64,000 nt of DNA from an uncultured Candidatus Binatia bacterium (GTDB lineage: Bacteria > Desulfobacterota > Binatia > Bin18): the NCBI GenBank assembly GCA_965214605.1, contig OZ243961.1, forward strand, positions 1,600,001 through 1,664,000, written 5' to 3'. Numbering within the stretch: the stretch's first letter is position 1; every line of letters begins with the position of its first letter. A program made the position numbers and the translations under genes. Under the pieces are notes generated by a model. That model worked only from the letters and a program-made list of their open reading frames with translations, searched no databases and was not told the origin of the DNA. This document shows positions 52,057 through 61,357 of this stretch, piece by piece.

Positions 52057-52174
52057 GGTCTTATCCTCCTAGCACCCGATTATCCTGTCGAGAGCAGACC
52101 ACAGTCAAGCAGAGAAAAGTGTTTCTTTGTGCTATGACAGCAGCACGCGCAGCAGGAAAGGCGGCAGACACACG

Positions 52175-53092
52175 ATGGACACGGCAAGCATCTTGCTCTT
52201 ACCTGTGCTGTTTATGGCGCTGGCGGGGATCTCACCGGAGAGCGAGCATAGACACAGCCGGGAACGCGCAAGACTGTACGGGGCAGTTCACAGCGTGAGA
52301 AGTGAAACCGCCCAGTACGTCCGCCACAACGAGGAGTGGGTCGAAGGCGTCCGTGGCCAGGAACAACTCGACACCTATGATCGCGCCGGGCGCTTGATCG
52401 AGCAAGTCTTGTACAACCCCGACGGCACTCACTTTCAGCGCAAAGTGCGCGCCTACAGTCAAGCTGGCCAGCCCAGCCAGGAGATCGTCTACGCCCCGGA
52501 TGGATCCCTGTGGCACCGCCTGGTCTGGAGCTATGATGAACGCGGGGCGATGACCGCGGCCGCTCGCTATGAGGCCGATGGGACGCTCCTCTCCAAAGAG
52601 CTCTTCAGTTACAACAGGACAACACTCAGACCCGTTGAATCGGTCAACCAGGACAAAGACGAGACGTTTTTCGGCCGCGTCGTGTATCGTTACGATGCGG
52701 CCGGTCGGATGGTTGAGCGCAGCTGGGTTGACGACGAACGCAAGCCTGTGTCACGCAATGTGTACGTCTATGACGAGCGGGACAACCTGATCACCGTCGA
52801 AGTGTATGATCGTCAAGACGCGCTGGCATCCCGCTGGGTCTATACCTATGACGACAAGCGAAATCGAACCGAGTGGCTCGACTATCATCCCGACGGCAGC
52901 CTGGCAGGCAGACAGGTCTATTGCTATGAGTTTGACGACTGGGGGAACTGGACCAAGAAGGTGATTGCGGACTGGACCGGCGATGGCCAGGCCGGCCGGC
53001 TCGAACCCTCAGAGGTTGTCCATCGGACGCTGAGTTATTACTCGGCCGAGCCGCCACAAGAAACAACCCACGCTCAAGCTCCACAGCAATAA
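52175..53092 (+). CDS. Exported YD/RHS-repeat-like protein
   Basis: Hydrophobic N-terminus, LYGAVHSV, tandem ~24-aa YD..G repeats, YEFDDWGNWTKK. Confidence 0.7.
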   Translation: MDTASILLLPVLFMALAGISPESEHRHSRERARLYGAVHSVRSETAQYVRHNEEWVEGVRGQEQLDTYDRAGRLIEQVLYNPDGTHFQRKVRAYSQAGQPSQEIVYAPDGSLWHRLVWSYDERGAMTAAARYEADGTLLSKELFSYNRTTLRPVESVNQDKDETFFGRVVYRYDAAGRMVERSWVDDERKPVSRNVYVYDERDNLITVEVYDRQDALASRWVYTYDDKRNRTEWLDYHPDGSLAGRQVYCYEFDDWGNWTKKVIADWTGDGQAGRLEPSEVVHRTLSYYSAEPPQETTHAQAPQQ

Positions 53093-53134
53093 GCGGCCCA
53101 ATTCTGAGGGCAGAAGTCGGGCCACGGGTTTGCC

Positions 53135-53785
53135 CTAGGCACCGCGTAGCCTCCCTCTGGCCCTTTCGTGCAGGCTGGCGTCCGCGCTGGGCCGGGCAGC
53201 AACCCGTTCAAACCAAGCCGTCATGTTTGTGAGCTGGGGCTTGATCGTCTGGCCGACCCCGGCTCCAAAGTCGAGGGCACTGTACAGAATAATATCGGCC
53301 ACGGTGAAGCGTTCGCCTACGATGAAAGACTTCTTCTCCATCAAGCCGTCGAGCCATTCGAGCCTCTCCTGGACAATCTCCTTGAGACCGGCCGCAGCCT
53401 CGGGCAAACAGTGCAGCCGATTTTTGAACATCTCAAAGCCCTCGGCGTAGCGATAGCCGTTGTACAGATGTTCAGTGATATTCATCTCGATGCGGCGTTG
53501 CCACATCCGGGTTTGGGCTTTCTCTTCGGGCGTACTGCCGATCAGGGCCGGGGTCGGATGTAGGTCTTCCAGATATTCGCAGATCGCAACCGTCTCGGCC
53601 AGGTAACTGCCATCGTCAAGTTCCAGCGACGGCATCTGGCCGCCAGGGTTCTTGGCGGTATAGGGTGGCCTACGGTTCTCACCGGCCTGGATATCAAGAT
53701 CGATGGTCTCCAGGGTGAGGCCTTTTTCAGCCATAAACATGCGGACACAGCGAGGGTTGGGACCAAGTGAATTAACAAGTTTCAT
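53135..53785 (-). CDS. Glutathione S-transferase family protein
   Basis: GPNPR, NPGGQMP.LELDDG..LAE..AI.EYL, FTVADI. Confidence 0.9.
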   Translation of the reverse strand: MKLVNSLGPNPRCVRMFMAEKGLTLETIDLDIQAGENRRPPYTAKNPGGQMPSLELDDGSYLAETVAICEYLEDLHPTPALIGSTPEEKAQTRMWQRRIEMNITEHLYNGYRYAEGFEMFKNRLHCLPEAAAGLKEIVQERLEWLDGLMEKKSFIVGERFTVADIILYSALDFGAGVGQTIKPQLTNMTAWFERVAARPSADASLHERARGRLRGA

Positions 53786-53900
53786 AGCGATCTCCTGTCT
53801 GCAGAAACGAAGTATGGCTGCGGTGTATCCTATTTCTCCGGGGCCATGCAAGCATTCCGAAGGCTCTCGGATCCTCTTAGTGTTTCCTGCCCTCTTCACC

Positions 53901-55193
53901 CTACCAGGTCACTTTATCTGAACTGCCTTTATACAGGGAGCGCACATAGGCGATGATTTTCCAGGCCTGGTCTGGATCAATAGAGTCTTTGAAGGATGGC
54001 ATCTTGCCCCGCCCTTCCATGATCTGCTGCATGACATCGGCGTCTGTCCCTTTGCCAACGCTCCACTTCGCGTCGTTGATACTCGGCCCCATGCCTCCCC
54101 CGCCGCGCATCCCGTGACAACCGTAGCAGTTCAGCATCTTGTAATACTCCTTGCCCTCGGCAATGGCCTCCAGATCGCCGGTGAACGGATTTTTGGCAAC
54201 GCGTGCCAGCTCGTCGTGGAAGGCTGCCGCGGCCGTTTCCTGCGCCGCTTTGGCGGGTGACGTCTCGGCCTGAGCGGTCTGCACGGACACATCCGGGGGC
54301 GAGGTAGAGACGGACGTTTCCCCAAGCTCCCCGTCGTCCAGTAGGGGCACCCCGTAGTCTTGCAGAATAGCCCGAATCGATCCAGCGTGCTGGGACAACA
54401 AGGCATCCAGCTCTGCCTTGAGGGTCTGGTTGCCACGACGGACGCCCATGGCGATGTTATACCGAAACGGGAGCCGAGCCGAGCCCGCATCTGCCGGCAG
54501 CGGAGTTACCTGTAGAGGCGGCGTATGCTGTTGGGCGAAATAGCCCGCAATCGGTCCCCAGACCAGAGCGGCATCAATCTCGCCGGCCGCAACCGCAGTG
54601 ACAATTCTGCCAGACGGACTGTCCTCGGCATAATTGCCGTACACACTGTAGCCGACCACATTATCGACCAACCCACGCTGGCTAAGGGCATGGGCGGGCG
54701 GACTGTTGGTGTAATCGTCACCAATCAGATGCACGCCGATACGCAGGCGGCTCAGCACCGCGTCGTTCAAGGAAGTCAGCCGATAGTCGGCGTCGGAGCG
54801 ATACACAAAGGCATACGTGGACCGGTAGTAGGGCCGGGTTGTGAGCACTAACTCGTCCTCGGCCGGGAGCCCCATGACTACTTCACACCGACCGGCGTTC
54901 AGCGTCCCACGCAGAAAACCGCGGCGCTGCGGCCACCAGGTGTAGGCCACATCGCCACCTCGCGCCTTGGCAAAAAGCTCGGCGATTTTGTTCTCAAAGC
55001 CCTGGCGTTGCTGGTTCGAGAAGGGCAGGTTGTTTGGATCCGCACACACGCGCAAGACGGGCGGACTGCCAGGAGCCTGTTCACCCCGGCTAGACACAGC
55101 GAACAGCAAGACCCAGCACAACGCCCCCAGCCCGGCGAACAGGAGACAACGCGGCGGAGAATCTCGGTTGTCTAAAAAGCTCTGCGGCGACAT
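53901..55193 (-). CDS. Fused XoxJ/MoxJ periplasmic binding protein and c-type cytochrome (XoxG-like)
   Basis: LRVCADPNNLPFSN, GFENKIA, TRPYYRSTY, WGPIAGY, then an S/T/P/A-rich linker and CYGCH heme motif with GKMP. Confidence 0.88.
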   Translation of the reverse strand: MSPQSFLDNRDSPPRCLLFAGLGALCWVLLFAVSSRGEQAPGSPPVLRVCADPNNLPFSNQQRQGFENKIAELFAKARGGDVAYTWWPQRRGFLRGTLNAGRCEVVMGLPAEDELVLTTRPYYRSTYAFVYRSDADYRLTSLNDAVLSRLRIGVHLIGDDYTNSPPAHALSQRGLVDNVVGYSVYGNYAEDSPSGRIVTAVAAGEIDAALVWGPIAGYFAQQHTPPLQVTPLPADAGSARLPFRYNIAMGVRRGNQTLKAELDALLSQHAGSIRAILQDYGVPLLDDGELGETSVSTSPPDVSVQTAQAETSPAKAAQETAAAAFHDELARVAKNPFTGDLEAIAEGKEYYKMLNCYGCHGMRGGGGMGPSINDAKWSVGKGTDADVMQQIMEGRGKMPSFKDSIDPDQAWKIIAYVRSLYKGSSDKVTW

Positions 55194-55269
55194 GAGACGA
55201 TAATGAGGAGGCAAGGTCCGCTGACTCAGCCCCCGTACCCCAAGGGGAAAACGCAGATCACCCCCCCTA

Positions 55270-57072
55270 TCAGTCGAGCCCAAACACGTACAGCGTCCCG
55301 CCTTTGTTGGTGTCTTGGCCCAGGTCCCCAAAGGCACCCACGGCTCCTAGGGCTGCGGTCGGGTCGTCTGTGGCCAGATCACCCGCAACCACCAGGCCGG
55401 ACCAGCCGCCGATACCGGACAGAATAGCGACGTACTGTTTGCCGTTCGGACCAAGGTAGGTCATCGGCGCACCAATGATGCCTGAGCCGGTTTTGAACTT
55501 CCACAGCTCCTCACCATTTGTGGCATCAACCGCCTTGAACCAACCCTCCATGGTACCGTAGAAGACGACCTCACCCGCCGTGGACAGCGCACCGCTCCAG
55601 GCCGCCCACTTTTCTTTGATGCCCCATTTTTTCTCACCCGTCACCGGATCCCAGGCCAGAAACTCGCCCCGATGTCCGCCCGGTCCGGGCGACATATTCA
55701 CAATCGCTCCCACATAGGGGATACCCGCCATATAGTTGACCTGCATCCCCTCGTATTCCATACACAGATTGTTAGTCGGCACATATAACAGACCTGTCTT
55801 GGGCGAATACGCAGCCGGCTGCTGATCCTTGGCCCCCATTGCTGCCGGGCAGATATCGGTCACATTCTCACCCTGTTTGGTGCGCTTCTCCGGGTTTTCA
55901 ACAGGCAGTCCTGTCTCTAAATCAACGCGGCTAGCCCAGTTCACATGCCCAAACGGCTTGGCACTGATCAGCCTACCGCTCACACGGTCAAGCACATAGG
56001 CAAAACCGTTGCGGTCAAAGTGGACCAAGACCTTCTGCGTACCGTTGCCGTTCGCGCCCGGCAGATCAATCAGAATACTCTCGTTAATCCCGTCATAGTC
56101 CCAGGCATCGTGCGGGGTCATCTGGTAAGCCCACTTGGCCATCCCGGTGTCAGGATTGCGAGCAAACAGCGTCATCGACCACTTGTTCTCGCCTGGGCGC
56201 TGGTCGGGATTCCAGGCACCCGGGTTGCCCGTGCCATAATAGAACAGGTTCAGCTCTGGGTCGTAGCTATACCAACCCCAGGTCGTGCCGCCTCCACGTT
56301 TCCACTCCTCACCTTTCCAGGTTGACACTCCCAGGTCCTTGCCCTGGTGTGAGGCGTAGGGTGACGAGAAATCCTCGCCAATGAGCACCTCGGAGTCAGG
56401 CCCGGTACTGTAAGCCCGCCACACCTGCTCGCCAGTTTCGATATTGTTGGCCGTCACAAAGCCGCGCACCCCGAACTCTCCACCGCTGATGCCGGTCAAG
56501 ACCTTGTCCCGAATCACCAGAGGCACCATCGTAATCGTCTGGCCCTGGCCGATATCGCCCTGTTTGACCTTCCACACCTGTTTACCGGTCTCGGCATCCA
56601 AAGCAACCGTGTGGGCGTCGAGCTGGTTGAAGAAAATTTTTCCCTCGGCGTAGGCAACCCCACGGTTGACCGTATCGCAGCAGGCCACCGCAATGGCCGC
56701 CTCGTCCTGTTCGGGCGCGTACTTCCACTTCACCGCGGGCCCCGGTTTACTTAAATCCAGGGCATACACAATGTTGGGAAAAGGCGTAACGACATACATC
56801 ATGTGACCGACGACCAGCGGGGCGCCCTCATGGCCGCGCAAAACACCGGTCGAGAAGGTCCAGGCCGCTTTGAGATTCTTAACGTTATCCTTGGTAATCT
56901 GTGTCAGCGGGCTATGACGGGTCAGGGCATAGTCCTTTCCGGGCAAGACCCACTGACCGTGGTCCTGCTGCATCTCGGTCAAATCCTGAGCGCCCACGTG
57001 GGGGGCAGCTCCAAATAGAAATCCACACATGAAAAACACTGCCGAAAGCCGGATCCATCGCTGTCGCTGCAT
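55270..57072 (-). CDS. xoxF: PQQ-dependent methanol dehydrogenase, lanthanide-dependent type
   Basis: Signal peptide, GVLRGHEG.PL, ACCDTVNRG, GGEFGVRG, WDYDGINE with the extra Ln-binding Asp. Confidence 0.92.
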   Translation of the reverse strand: MQRQRWIRLSAVFFMCGFLFGAAPHVGAQDLTEMQQDHGQWVLPGKDYALTRHSPLTQITKDNVKNLKAAWTFSTGVLRGHEGAPLVVGHMMYVVTPFPNIVYALDLSKPGPAVKWKYAPEQDEAAIAVACCDTVNRGVAYAEGKIFFNQLDAHTVALDAETGKQVWKVKQGDIGQGQTITMVPLVIRDKVLTGISGGEFGVRGFVTANNIETGEQVWRAYSTGPDSEVLIGEDFSSPYASHQGKDLGVSTWKGEEWKRGGGTTWGWYSYDPELNLFYYGTGNPGAWNPDQRPGENKWSMTLFARNPDTGMAKWAYQMTPHDAWDYDGINESILIDLPGANGNGTQKVLVHFDRNGFAYVLDRVSGRLISAKPFGHVNWASRVDLETGLPVENPEKRTKQGENVTDICPAAMGAKDQQPAAYSPKTGLLYVPTNNLCMEYEGMQVNYMAGIPYVGAIVNMSPGPGGHRGEFLAWDPVTGEKKWGIKEKWAAWSGALSTAGEVVFYGTMEGWFKAVDATNGEELWKFKTGSGIIGAPMTYLGPNGKQYVAILSGIGGWSGLVVAGDLATDDPTAALGAVGAFGDLGQDTNKGGTLYVFGLD

Positions 57073-57108
57073 GCCCACCCTCCTTATGTGACCAGTGCGT
57101 ATGCAAAA

Positions 57109-57138
57109 AGGCTACTCTGAACCCGGAGGGTTTGTCAA
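57109..57138 (-). promoter_or_regulatory. Putative xoxF promoter
   Basis: Minus strand TTGACA-18 nt-TAGCCT; the spacer holds AACCC-TCC-GGGTT. Confidence 0.5.
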
Positions 57139-57226
57139 TTCCAAACCGTCCCAACTCAGGCGACGCTTTCCTTGACTCCGTCAGACGGCCTTGCTAAGCC
57201 ACGGAGAGGACAGACAGGAGGATACG

Positions 57227-58006
57227 GTGGCGCAAACGTGGTCTGAAAGTGCGGTTGAAGTCGCGGGTGGGCAGGTCGAGCTGCTGACGGGCGGCAGCGG
57301 CCCTCCCCTCGTCGTTCTCCACCATGATATTGGCAACCCGGGCCGGCTGCCCTTTTACGACGCGCTGTCCCGACAGTTCAGCGTCTATGTCCCCTCCCAC
57401 CCAGGCTATGGTAAATCCGAGCGGCCGGACTGGATGCGCAATGTCCGTGACTTGGCGATTGTCCACCAATGGCTGGTAAAAGATCTCAAGCTAGACAAGC
57501 CCTGTTTGGTCGGGCTCGGCTTTGGCGGCTGGCTAGCGGCTGAGATGGCCAGCATGAGCCCGGGTCAGTACCGACGGCTGATCCTGGTCGGGGCAATGGG
57601 AATCAAGCCGACCGAAGGCGAGATCGTTGACCAATTCCTGCTCTACACCACCGATTATATTAAGAGCGGCTTTTTTGACGTCGCCGCCTATGAGGCCCAG
57701 TTTACCAGCGAGCCGGATATTGACCAGCTCGTCGAGTGGGAGGTCCACCGCGAAATGACCACTCGGATCGCCTGGAAACCGTATATGTTCAACCCCGGAC
57801 TGCCGCACCTGCTCGGCGGGGTAGAGGCACCGACGCTGGTAGTGTGGGGCAAACACGATCGCATCGTGCCGCTCAACTGCGGCGAACAATATGTGAAGGC
57901 TCTGCCTCATGCGCAGCTGACCGTTCTGGACGAGTGTGGGCATTTTGTCGACATGGAGAAGGCAGAAGAGTTGGCTGGCGTGGTCTGTGACTTTCTCTCC
58001 GTATGA
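57227..58006 (+). CDS. Alpha/beta hydrolase-fold protein (nucleophile Ser replaced by Gly)
   Basis: HPGYG.S, LVGLGFGG elbow, PTLVVWG..D, GHF; GGAGG RBS before GTG. Confidence 0.85.
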   Translation: MAQTWSESAVEVAGGQVELLTGGSGPPLVVLHHDIGNPGRLPFYDALSRQFSVYVPSHPGYGKSERPDWMRNVRDLAIVHQWLVKDLKLDKPCLVGLGFGGWLAAEMASMSPGQYRRLILVGAMGIKPTEGEIVDQFLLYTTDYIKSGFFDVAAYEAQFTSEPDIDQLVEWEVHREMTTRIAWKPYMFNPGLPHLLGGVEAPTLVVWGKHDRIVPLNCGEQYVKALPHAQLTVLDECGHFVDMEKAEELAGVVCDFLSV

Positions 58007-58018
58007 AGGAGTGTTGCC

Positions 58019-59251
58019 ATGCATCTGATGTATTTCACCGAACAACCGATGTCCACCTACCCTCAGGAAGAGGGCGAGAAGTTTGGCTATACCGCCCTGC
58101 TGTTTCCCAACAAATTTTTCGATCCGGTTGAGGGCAGCCGCCTGTACAATGAGCGGATCGAAGAATACCAGTATGCCGAGGAGTGCGGCGTGGACGGCAT
58201 TATGCTCAACGAGCACCATAACGCGCCGTTCTGCATGCAAGCCAAGACCAATATCTGTGCCGCGATTCTGGCCGCCAAGACCGAGCGGGTGAAGATCGTG
58301 CTGTTGGGCAATCCACTGCCGATTACAGACAACCCGGTCCGGCTAGCCGAAGAGCTAGCCATGATCGATATGATCTCCAGAGGGCGTCTTGTTTCCGGTT
58401 TCGTACGCGGCGGCGGCGTGGAGTCGTTGGCCGCCAACGCCAACCCGGCCTATAACCGCGAGCGGTTTGCCGAAGCCCACGATCTGATTATCAAGGCCTG
58501 GACCCAACCCGGGCCGTTTCGGTGGGAGGGCGACCATTACCATCTCCGGGTCGTTAATCCCTGGGCCGTGCCCCTTCAGCAGCCGCATCCCCGAGTCTGG
58601 ATTCCGGGCGTGGTCAGCCGTGAGACTATCGTCTGGGCGGCCGCACACCGCTATCCGTACATTATTCTGAACGCGCCGGTCCAAGAGTGCCGAAAAATCT
58701 GGCAGCTGTACGACGAGACCGCCGAGCGAGCGGGCTATACCTCAGGTCCGGAGCAGCGCGGCTATTTGATCCGGTGTCACGTTGCCGAAACCGAGGAAAA
58801 AGCGCTCAGGAATGCCAAGGAATTCATGTGGATGCAGGGTGAATTCACCGGCCTCACCCATCCGCTATGGGCATCCCCGGCCGGCTATTTGGGCGAGTGG
58901 GCGCGCCGTCCCCTGGCCGAGTATCGCGTTGGCAGACGCCAGCAGAACATGCCGCCGTACGAAAAACAATTAGAGAACATGTCGATTATCGCCGGCACGC
59001 CCAAACAGGTGATTGACAAACTGCAGGTCATCGTCGAAGAAACCCGCCCATCGATTCTGGCCCTGTGGGGCAACGATGGCAAGGTCAATCATACCGATTC
59101 GATGGACTGTATCCGTCTGCTCGGGCAAGAGGTTATGCCGGCCATTCGAGAGATTGGCGACAAACTCGGTCTCAAGAGTCCGTTTGAGGCCAACAGCCCG
59201 GTCAGCCTAGCCGCCTCCCAAGAGACTGCTAGGATTGCCGCAGCCGACTGA
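58019..59251 (+). CDS. Luciferase-like (LLM) flavin-dependent monooxygenase
   Basis: NEHH, NPVRLAEELAMID.ISRGRL, P.QQPHPRVW. Confidence 0.9.
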   Translation: MHLMYFTEQPMSTYPQEEGEKFGYTALLFPNKFFDPVEGSRLYNERIEEYQYAEECGVDGIMLNEHHNAPFCMQAKTNICAAILAAKTERVKIVLLGNPLPITDNPVRLAEELAMIDMISRGRLVSGFVRGGGVESLAANANPAYNRERFAEAHDLIIKAWTQPGPFRWEGDHYHLRVVNPWAVPLQQPHPRVWIPGVVSRETIVWAAAHRYPYIILNAPVQECRKIWQLYDETAERAGYTSGPEQRGYLIRCHVAETEEKALRNAKEFMWMQGEFTGLTHPLWASPAGYLGEWARRPLAEYRVGRRQQNMPPYEKQLENMSIIAGTPKQVIDKLQVIVEETRPSILALWGNDGKVNHTDSMDCIRLLGQEVMPAIREIGDKLGLKSPFEANSPVSLAASQETARIAAAD

Positions 59252-59263
59252 AGGGAGCCAACC

Positions 59264-59668
59264 ATGGGAACCGCAGAAAACAAACAGGTGATCCGAGACG
59301 CGTTTGCGGCCTGGGCCAACGGCGATGGAGCGGCCTTCTTTAACACCTTAGCCGACGACGTGCGTTGGACGGTGATTGGCACCAGCCCAGTATCCCGGAC
59401 TTACACCAGCCGCCAGGCCTTTCTGGAGGGGGCGGCCAGGCCGCTGAACGCCAGGCTAGCCGGTCCGATCAGTCCCACCGTGATCAGTATCATTGGTGAG
59501 GGCGACACTGTGGTCCTCCAGTGGAAGGGGCGCGCCACCACAAAATCTGGCAGCCCCTACAACAACAGCTACTGCTGGGTCATGCGCCTGGTCAACGGCA
59601 AAGTTATCGAAGGCACGGCCTATATCGACACCGAGCTCGTCTCGGAGTTATGGAAAGAGACGCCGTGA
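59264..59668 (+). CDS. NTF2/SnoaL-like protein
   Basis: LADDVRW, IGEGDTV, YNNSYCWV, YIDT. Confidence 0.85.
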   Translation: MGTAENKQVIRDAFAAWANGDGAAFFNTLADDVRWTVIGTSPVSRTYTSRQAFLEGAARPLNARLAGPISPTVISIIGEGDTVVLQWKGRATTKSGSPYNNSYCWVMRLVNGKVIEGTAYIDTELVSELWKETP

Positions 59669-59730
59669 GTTCGCAAAAGAAAGCCGCGCCTCACTCGTCA
59701 CCCCGATGACGATCTCTTCCGGCATGGGGC

Positions 59731-61026
59731 TCAAGCCGACGATCCCCCCTCCCGTGCCGCCACCTCCGGCAGTCCACCCTCCAGCTCAATCGGCTCGGGC
59801 ACGACGAGGAAATAGTACACCAGAGTCGCTACCAGCAGCATGGCGGCAATGACCACCAGGGGCAGCTCCCAGCTGCCCGTTGCCGCCACCAGAAAGCCGG
59901 CGCTCATCGGCCCGAAAATCCCGGCGCAATTGCCCGCTCCGTTCATCACGCCCGAGATCGCGCCGATTTGTTTGGGGTTCAGTTCAACCGGCACCGCCCA
60001 ACACGCTCCACTGCCCAGATTGGTGAAATACATATACAAGGCCAGACACGCGACCGACACGATCGGCCACGGCACGAACGCGGCGGCCAGGATGCTGGGA
60101 ATGCCCAGAAACGCGCACAGTGCGGGTGCCTGCGCCCGGGCCACCCGTGGACTCCAACCACGCCGCAGCAAGACATCCGAAATCGTCCCGCCGGAGATCA
60201 GCCCCAAGGCTCCCGCCACGGTCGGGATCATGCCCAAGAGCCCCATTGCTTCCAGCGAGAAGCCGCGGGCTTGGACCAGATAGGTCGGCAGCCATAGGAT
60301 GACCATCCACAGCCCATACACCATGCACAGATAGGCCAGGGAGAGCAGCAGGACGTGCCGATTTCTGAGAATGCGCAGCGGAGAAATCGTTGCCTTGGAA
60401 CGCGGGGCCAGATTCTCCTCAATTTCCCGCAGCTCTTGTTTGCTGATGCGGGGATGCTCGGCCGGCGTATTCGTTACCGAAGCCAGCCACACGATCAGCC
60501 ACAGCACGCCCAGGGCCCCATTAAAATAAAAAACCGCCGGCCAGGCAAAGGTGGCGATAATCCAGGTCGTCAGCGGATAGGCCAGGGCTTGGCCCAGGTG
60601 TGATCCGGACAGACTGATATTCTGGGCCCGGCCGTACTCATAGCGCGGAATCCAGCGGGCGTTCAGCACCGCGTAGGCTGGAAAGCTGACCGATTCGAGC
60701 AGACCTACGCCGAACCGCAAGGCCAGCATCAGGCCGAAGGCGGCCGCCCCAAGCGGCGTCAGCGCGGTAAACAGCGAAAAGCCAAAACACGCAATCGCCA
60801 CCACCCAGACCGTATTCCAGCGGTCGGCGATAATTCCGCCCGGAATCTGGAGCAGCGTATAGCCCAGCAGAAAGGCCGAAAAAACCAGACCGAACTGAGC
60901 CTCATCCCAGCCCAGAGCGGCCATCATGACGGGCGCGGCAACCGAGATATTCACCCGGTCGGCATAGTTGATCATACTGCCCGTGGCCAGCAGCCCGACA
61001 AGTTTGTAGCGCACCGGTAGGGCCAT
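59731..61026 (-). CDS. MFS transporter, anion:cation symporter type
   Basis: INYADRVNISVA, QIPGG..ADR, about 12 TM segments. Confidence 0.92.
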   Translation of the reverse strand: MALPVRYKLVGLLATGSMINYADRVNISVAAPVMMAALGWDEAQFGLVFSAFLLGYTLLQIPGGIIADRWNTVWVVAIACFGFSLFTALTPLGAAAFGLMLALRFGVGLLESVSFPAYAVLNARWIPRYEYGRAQNISLSGSHLGQALAYPLTTWIIATFAWPAVFYFNGALGVLWLIVWLASVTNTPAEHPRISKQELREIEENLAPRSKATISPLRILRNRHVLLLSLAYLCMVYGLWMVILWLPTYLVQARGFSLEAMGLLGMIPTVAGALGLISGGTISDVLLRRGWSPRVARAQAPALCAFLGIPSILAAAFVPWPIVSVACLALYMYFTNLGSGACWAVPVELNPKQIGAISGVMNGAGNCAGIFGPMSAGFLVAATGSWELPLVVIAAMLLVATLVYYFLVVPEPIELEGGLPEVAAREGGSSA

Positions 61027-61036
61027 ACGGTTTTCC

Positions 61037-61357
61037 TTAAGACCGGATCAAATCGTGGGCGCGGATTGTGACCGAAGGAGCCGACCCGTCCTCAAAAAAA
61101 TAATCCTCAGTGACCTGACTCATCGGTCCAAACTCCAGGTTCATGGCGACCGTGTCCTCGCTCGGCCACCAACGCAGGCGCACACCGAGTGCCCCGGCCG
61201 GCACCTCATGTCGGGTCGGGCGGCCGCCCGACCCGTCGTAAAAATAGTCGCCCTCCTCGCCCTCACGCGAGACCAACCAACTGCCCATCCAGCGCTTACG
61301 GCGATCTTCCGCCAGCTCGGCCTCACCCCAGTCCACAATCAATCGGTCCGGTTTCAT
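61037..61357 (-). CDS. Hypothetical protein
   Basis: 106-aa ORF whose start overlaps the amidohydrolase stop (ATGA); ends 10 nt before the MFS gene. Confidence 0.65.
   Translation of the reverse strand: MKPDRLIVDWGEAELAEDRRKRWMGSWLVSREGEEGDYFYDGSGGRPTRHEVPAGALGVRLRWWPSEDTVAMNLEFGPMSQVTEDYFFEDGSAPSVTIRAHDLIRS

Noticed and set aside
52175-53092. Rhs toxin or contact-dependent inhibition locus
   Set aside because: No RHS core, toxin domain, immunity gene or secretion genes
55270-57072. Ca-dependent MxaF
   Set aside because: Has D-Y-D rather than D-Y-A, and no mxaI or mxaACKL genes
33233-59668. General TGA recoding (alternative genetic code)
   Set aside because: Other TGA codons (33940, 58006, 59251, 59668) end full-length proteins, so any readthrough at 63950 would be site-specific
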